Part shown: in pieces, positions 58,859-64,000 of the stretch
Layout: each line of letters starts with the position of its first letter
How positions within the stretch are numbered: position 1 is the first letter of the stretch
Source of the DNA: Vicinamibacterales bacterium
GTDB taxonomy: Bacteria > Acidobacteriota > Vicinamibacteria > Vicinamibacterales > JAMQPK01
Length of the DNA: 64,000 nucleotides
Direction of reading: 5' to 3'
Assembly: GCA_023717525.1 (NCBI GenBank)
Contig: JAMQPK010000021.1
Coordinates: forward strand, 612-64,611
The notes under the pieces: model-generated
The model's database searches: none
Told to the model about the DNA's origin: nothing
The model's input: only the letters and a program-made list of their open reading frames with translations
Translations under genes and position numbers: made by a program

Positions 58859-60150
58859 CGCTTCTGATGACGTGTGCGGCGACTCCCGCCGCCCAAAGGG
58901 CTGCGGTCGAAGGGGATGTCACTGCGCTGCGCTCCCGTGTCGAGCGGCGCTTCGAGATCCTTCCCGTCGCAGGCGGCGTGGTGCTGACTCCGCATTTCAA
59001 GGCCGCTGTGCGGTCGATCGAGATTGCCGACGGCACCATCGCGCTGGATGGGACGCTGGTGACGGGCGCAGAGCTGCGACAGAGGCTCGGAGCCGACGCC
59101 GATCTCGTCCTGCAGCTTTCGTATCTCGACACCGCATCGCGGCGGTCGCTCGCAGGAGTCGCCGCGACACCCACACCGCCCGTACCGCCCGGCGTCGCCG
59201 AGCCATCATCTGCGCCAGAGACGACGTCGAAAATGCCGCGCGCCAGGCGCAGGGGATCGCTCGTTCGCATCGGCGGAAGCGTAAAAGTCGAAACCGACGA
59301 ACACGTGACCGACGATGTTGTGGCGATTGGCGGAAGCGCAGACGTAGACGGCGAAGTTGATGGCGACGTGGTCGTCGTCGGCGGCTCTGCGAACCTCGGG
59401 CCCCGGGCCCACATCAATGGCGATGTTGTGGTGATAGGTGGTTCGCTCAGTCAAGATCCGGCCGCCACGATTGACGGAGAAGTGCATAACGTGGGCTTCG
59501 GCGACATGTTCAGTGGGGCAGGCAGCCGGTGGCGCGGCAACTGGCGAGGATGGGACCCATGGGGAGGTTTCCGTCCGGTCGCAAAGTTCCTGGGGACCCT
59601 GATGCGCGTCGGGCTCTTGATGCTCTTTGCGGCGCTGGTGCTGTTTGTCGCGCCGGCGCCCGTTGGACGAGTGGCCGATCGTGTGGCAGCCGAGCCCGTG
59701 AAGTCCTGGCTTGTCGGGTTTGTCACCGAAATTCTGTTTCTCCCGGTGTTTGTCTTGACGGTCTTTGTACTGGCGGTCTCCATCATCGGCATTCCCGTCG
59801 TCATACTGCTCGTGCCAGTCGTGATCGTGGGCGGGATTATGGTCTTTCTGGTCGGGTTCACAGGTCTGGCATTTCACCTCGGGCGCACTCTGCAAGCGCG
59901 CGTCGAACAACTGCAAGCGCGTCCTTATCTCGCCACGCTTTCGGGCATCGTCCTCGTCGTGTCGCCGTTGCTGCTGGGGCGTCTCGTCGGACTGACGGGT
60001 GAGATGGGCGTGATGGTGGGATTGCTGGTCGCGGTGGGCGTGGCGATTGAGTACATCGCCTGGACTGCGGGGCTTGGCGCCGCCGCGCTCGCGCGTTTCG
60101 GGCACCCGGTGAGGCCATCACCGGAGGTGATGCCGCCTGCATCCACCTAG
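58834..60150 (+). CDS. Signal-peptide protein with bactofilin-like beta-helical repeats and a multi-TM C-terminal domain
   Basis: Signal peptide (LLMTCAATPAAQ). Repeats IGGSVKV...VAIGGSADVDGEVDGDVVVVGGSANL...GDVVVIGGSL, then at least 5 hydrophobic helices. Third gene of the ECF module. Confidence 0.6.
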   Translation: MARALVAIALLMTCAATPAAQRAAVEGDVTALRSRVERRFEILPVAGGVVLTPHFKAAVRSIEIADGTIALDGTLVTGAELRQRLGADADLVLQLSYLDTASRRSLAGVAATPTPPVPPGVAEPSSAPETTSKMPRARRRGSLVRIGGSVKVETDEHVTDDVVAIGGSADVDGEVDGDVVVVGGSANLGPRAHINGDVVVIGGSLSQDPAATIDGEVHNVGFGDMFSGAGSRWRGNWRGWDPWGGFRPVAKFLGTLMRVGLLMLFAALVLFVAPAPVGRVADRVAAEPVKSWLVGFVTEILFLPVFVLTVFVLAVSIIGIPVVILLVPVVIVGGIMVFLVGFTGLAFHLGRTLQARVEQLQARPYLATLSGIVLVVSPLLLGRLVGLTGEMGVMVGLLVAVGVAIEYIAWTAGLGAAALARFGHPVRPSPEVMPPAST

Positions 60151-60153
60151 AGG

Positions 60154-61152
60154 CTATCTCTGCTGGTCTCCGTTCTCCGGTACGCCCGGTTCGTCGAGGA
60201 GCTGTGTCGATGATGCTGGCCCGAAGTTCTTCCAGTCGCGCAGTGCCCAGACGACCTTCTTGTCGGGGGTCACTTCGATCAACTGAACGACGTTCGGCCA
60301 TTCCTCGAACGGCCGGCTACCGCTCCAGTTGTTGATCAATGTGTTGCCGTTGGCGAGCCGCGTGACCTCCTGAACGACTTCCAGGGTGATGCCTGGGAGC
60401 TCGTTCTTGGTGATTTCCCACACGATCTGGCCGGCTTTGTTCACCTCGCGCACCCAGCCGTGCTGATTGCCGCTTATCAGCGTGTTGCCGTTCTTCAGTC
60501 GCACGGCCGCCCATGCCGACGGCGCGTCGACCGACCAGATTGCCTTGCCCTTGGTGTCGTACTCCACGACTTTTCCAAGATCGAGATGTGCCACGAGCAG
60601 CGTGTTCGCCTTCGTCCAACGGATGTGACGCACCTGTCCGTGCGCGTTTTCCGGACGCCGAACCGGGATCGTCCACTCCCGCTCGACATCGCCGGATTTC
60701 TTATTGACGATCATCGCTTTCGCTGGATTCCCGTTCAGCATGATCAGGACGCGATCCTTGCCGATCGGTTGCGCGGTGTGGATCTCCGATCCCGGCGGCG
60801 CCTCGTAGTGCCACACGAGCTTCTTGCCAGACGTCACCTCGCTTGCACCGAGACGCCGCGAAAACACGATGTTGCCGTTCGACATTCGCGTGCAGTCGCC
60901 GAACTCCTCCTTGCCGGGGATATAGAACGTCCACACGACTTCTCCCCCGCGAACAATCCGCATGGTTTGATTCGACTTGCCGCGGTTCTCCCACTCGCCG
61001 CAGTAAAGGAACGGATGCTGCGCGAGGCCCTTGCCCGGCAAAGGCGCGTCGGACATTGGAGATTGGGCGATAGGTTGGGCGATGGGAGATTGGGCGAGTG
61101 GGGAAGCGACGGCAGCCAAGGCCAGCAAGGTCACGATCGGCGTGCGTTTCAT
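60154..61152 (-). CDS. Secreted beta-propeller-like protein
   Basis: Signal peptide, then repeated ...G.VVW.../NGNTLI... blades (VVWTF, LVWHY, AIWSV, IVWEI, VVWAL). The family was not identified. Confidence 0.55.
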   Translation of the reverse strand: MKRTPIVTLLALAAVASPLAQSPIAQPIAQSPMSDAPLPGKGLAQHPFLYCGEWENRGKSNQTMRIVRGGEVVWTFYIPGKEEFGDCTRMSNGNIVFSRRLGASEVTSGKKLVWHYEAPPGSEIHTAQPIGKDRVLIMLNGNPAKAMIVNKKSGDVEREWTIPVRRPENAHGQVRHIRWTKANTLLVAHLDLGKVVEYDTKGKAIWSVDAPSAWAAVRLKNGNTLISGNQHGWVREVNKAGQIVWEITKNELPGITLEVVQEVTRLANGNTLINNWSGSRPFEEWPNVVQLIEVTPDKKVVWALRDWKNFGPASSTQLLDEPGVPENGDQQR

Positions 61153-61208
61153 CTCATGTCACCCATGAATGTTCACTCTCTACGGGCCCAAAGCCCAGAG
61201 CCTGAAGC

Positions 61209-61619
61209 CTACTGCGAAGCCGCCGTGCCTTCGTCCATTGCCAGATTGGCGAGCCGGTCGGCATGCGTGTTCTGCTCGCGCCGGACGTGCTCGTACACGA
61301 CGCGGTCGAAACCGTCTGCCAGCGCCTTGGCCTCCTGATAGAGCGGTTGGAGGCCGGCGTTCTTCACACGGTACTCGCCCCGCATCTGCTTCACGAGCAG
61401 CTCCGAATCCGACTTGATGTGAAGCTTGCGATGGCCGTGCCCCGTCGCATAGCGAAGGGCGGCGAGCAATCCGTTGTACTCGGCGATGTTGTTGGTCGCG
61501 CTGCCCAGAAAACCGTGGAATTCTTCCACGAGGCCTCCCTGCTCGTCCTCGATGCGGACGCCATAGCCGGCTGGGCCGGGATTTCCCCTCGCGCCCCCGT
61601 CAATGTAGGCGACGATCAT
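61209..61619 (-). CDS. rnhA: Ribonuclease HI family protein
   Basis: DGGARGNPGPAGYG, NNIAEYNGLLAAL, and SDSELLV...NTHADRLAN supply the DEDD catalytic residues. Confidence 0.88.
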   Translation of the reverse strand: MIVAYIDGGARGNPGPAGYGVRIEDEQGGLVEEFHGFLGSATNNIAEYNGLLAALRYATGHGHRKLHIKSDSELLVKQMRGEYRVKNAGLQPLYQEAKALADGFDRVVYEHVRREQNTHADRLANLAMDEGTAASQ

Positions 61620-61622
61620 CGA

Positions 61623-62378
61623 CTAGTCCTCGGCAGGGACAGCTGGCTGGGTGGTCTGAGCGACCGGCGCGTTTTCGCCGGCGAAGTACAGGATCCGGCG
61701 ACAGCTGTCGCACTGGATGATGGACTCGTTCTTCCTGACTTCGTTGAAGATCTGTGGCCGAAGGCGCACGTGGCAGATGGTGCACAGGCCGTTGTGCGCT
61801 TCGGCGACGGCGACACCCTTGCGCCCCTTGGCAGTTGTCTCGAAGATGGCCAGCGCGGCACGATCAATCTGCGCCACCAATGCTGCGCGGGCCGCAGCCG
61901 TCGTGCTCATTTCGATTTCGAGCTGTGCCACTTCCTTTTCGAGGGCCGCGCGTTCCGCGGCGATCTCCTTCTCGGAGGCCTTCAGCTCGGCTTCGCGCTT
62001 TTTGAGCTCGGCGTTGAGTTCGTCGGACTCCATCATGATTTCAAGGATGCGATCCTCGCGGGTCTTGATGTCGTTCTGAGCGGCCTCGATCTCGTGCAGC
62101 ATCGCCGTGTATTCGCGGTTGGTCTTCACCTCGAGGAGCTGATCCTTGTACTTCGCGAGCCGCGTCTGCACGGTCGAGACTTCCTTTTCGTCGGCGCGCC
62201 GCTTTTCCTGAGCGGCCGCCAGCCGGGTCTTTACATCGGCGACCAGGTCGCGGGCGTGCTGAAGCCTCGAGTCGAGCGCCTGGCCACGGTCTGGATGGTC
62301 GGCAATTTGTCGTCGGGCATCATCTGCCGTGGTCTCGAGCTGCTGCAGGCGGATCAGTTTTTCCAGATCAGCATTCAT
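61623..62378 (-). CDS. COG1579-type coiled-coil protein with C-terminal C4 zinc ribbon
   Basis: Long heptad-rich Glu/Lys/Ala region, then CTICHVRLRP...IQCDSCRRILY (CxxC...CxxC). Confidence 0.8.
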   Translation of the reverse strand: MNADLEKLIRLQQLETTADDARRQIADHPDRGQALDSRLQHARDLVADVKTRLAAAQEKRRADEKEVSTVQTRLAKYKDQLLEVKTNREYTAMLHEIEAAQNDIKTREDRILEIMMESDELNAELKKREAELKASEKEIAAERAALEKEVAQLEIEMSTTAAARAALVAQIDRAALAIFETTAKGRKGVAVAEAHNGLCTICHVRLRPQIFNEVRKNESIIQCDSCRRILYFAGENAPVAQTTQPAVPAED

Positions 62379-62397
62379 AGGGACGGCCGCCTATAAC

Positions 62398-62419
62398 AAA
62401 AAAGCCCCGTGGGGGGCTT
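62398..62419 (-). terminator. Intrinsic terminator downstream of the tRNA
   Basis: The minus strand reads AAGCCCC-CCAC-GGGGCTT followed by TTTT: a 7-bp GC stem, a 4-nt loop and a T-run. Confidence 0.7.
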
Positions 62420-62423
62420 CGCA

Positions 62424-62519
62424 GTAGGTAGAAGGTGGAAGGTGGAACGTGGAACGTAGAAAGTAAGCCCCGAACTTTCGAGCTTACCTTCCACTTTCCA
62501 CTTTCCACTTTCCACTTTT
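62424..62519. repeat. Hairpin built from GGTGGAA/CGTGGAA heptamer arrays, 3' of the tRNA
   Basis: Left arm GTAGGTAGAAGGTGGAAGGTGGAACGTGGAACGTAGAAAGTAAG. Right arm CTTACCTTCCACTTTCCACTTTCCACTTTCCACTTTT. The A-C mismatches on the plus strand become G-U pairs in the minus-strand RNA. Confidence 0.7.
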
Positions 62520-62542
62520 GACCTGCATGCATTCATAAGATG

Positions 62543-62618
62543 TGGTGGGCCCACCAGGATTCGAACCTGGGACAGGCCGGTTATGAGCCGGCGGCTCTGA
62601 CCGCTGAGCTATAGGCCC
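62543..62618 (-). tRNA. tRNA with anticodon CAU (elongator Met or lysidine-modified Ile2), CCA encoded
   Basis: Folded by hand: acceptor GGGCCTA/TGGGCCC, D-arm GCTC/GAGC, anticodon stem GCCGG/CCGGC with loop CTCATAA, and T-arm CCAGG-TTCGAAT-CCTGG. G1:C72 is paired and there is no GGG/CCC anticodon stem, so it is not an initiator. The C4:G69 and C5:G68 pairs resemble TilS determinants. Confidence 0.9.
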
Positions 62619-62631
62619 GAGGTACTTTGCT

Positions 62632-62723
62632 GAAACGTGGAAAGTTGAAAGTTGAAGGTGGAAGGTACGTTCAGAGCTCTTTCCACCTACCCTCAACTTT
62701 CCACCTTCCACTTTTCCACCTAC
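62632..62723. repeat. Imperfect hairpin of GTGGAAA/GTTGAAA/GGTGGAA heptamer arrays between rpoD and the tRNA
   Basis: GGTGGAA (62657-62663) pairs with TTCCACC (62681-62687). The flanking heptamer units pair with internal loops. Confidence 0.65.
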
Positions 62724-62732
62724 ACCGAAGTA

Positions 62733-64000
<1,268 letters not shown>

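Noticed and set aside
62543-62618. The tRNA(CAU) as initiator tRNA-fMet
   Set aside because: Position 1:72 is a G:C pair, whereas bacterial initiators have a C1-A72 mismatch. The anticodon stem also lacks the three consecutive G:C pairs (G29-31/C39-41).
5067-62723. Whether the heptamer arrays could be CRISPR arrays or degenerate CRISPR remnants
   Set aside because: The units are only 7 nt and contiguous, with no spacers. Arrays are 35-70 nt long and there are no cas genes in the window. The architecture is tandem plus inverted, not repeat-spacer.

Overview
GC-rich bacterial chromosomal window. CarboxypepD_reg-type TonB receptors, a fused E1 alpha/beta dehydrogenase and the overall gene content suggest an Acidobacteriota-like organism, but that is inference only. 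Most of it is core metabolism and cell-envelope genes, with very tight gene packing and many ATGA/GTGA stop-start overlaps.

Gene content in order:
- 1-7.3 kb: a truncated outer-membrane barrel, a rhodanese, an M20 peptidase, a secreted MBL-fold hydrolase, an S51 peptidase, then (minus strand) a SirB1-like protein, a HAD hydrolase and a DUF1684 lipoprotein.
- 7.3-13.7 kb: a minus-strand beta-oxidation operon (fadN-type dehydrogenase/hydratase, two alpha/beta hydrolases, thiolase, acyl-CoA dehydrogenase).
- 13.8-16.8 kb: a TonB-dependent receptor.
- 16.8-21.6 kb: a signalling island. It holds a NarL-type regulator with a sensor-less kinase, an HD-GYP receiver protein, a 69-aa H-box-only mini-protein, a sigma54 activator, and a textbook sigma54 promoter driving a DUF5658 membrane protein.
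- 21.9-26.5 kb: a fused 2-oxoacid dehydrogenase E1, a cupin, and LemA/M48/DoxX-like genes.
- 26.6-36.6 kb: a roughly 10 kb minus-strand gene string with three polyprenyl-phosphate GT2 transferases, two SDR enzymes, a DegT aminotransferase, a secretin-N-like secreted protein, a GNAT, YqeY, MurJ and a rhomboid. ychF follows at 36.7-37.7 kb.
- 37.9-54.2 kb: a complete dcw cluster (mraZ to ftsZ) that lacks murB and ddl.
- 54.3-64.0 kb: a B12-type radical SAM protein, a SpoVG-like protein, acpS, pgeF, an ECF sigma/anti-sigma/beta-helix membrane module, a beta-propeller, RNase HI, a COG1579 zinc-ribbon protein, a tRNA(CAU) and the 3' part of rpoD.

The most unusual signal is not a gene. At least eight intergenic loci carry short arrays with strict 7-nt periodicity, and most form inverted-repeat hairpins at gene ends. 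I saw no CRISPR array, transposase, integrase or recognisable defence island.
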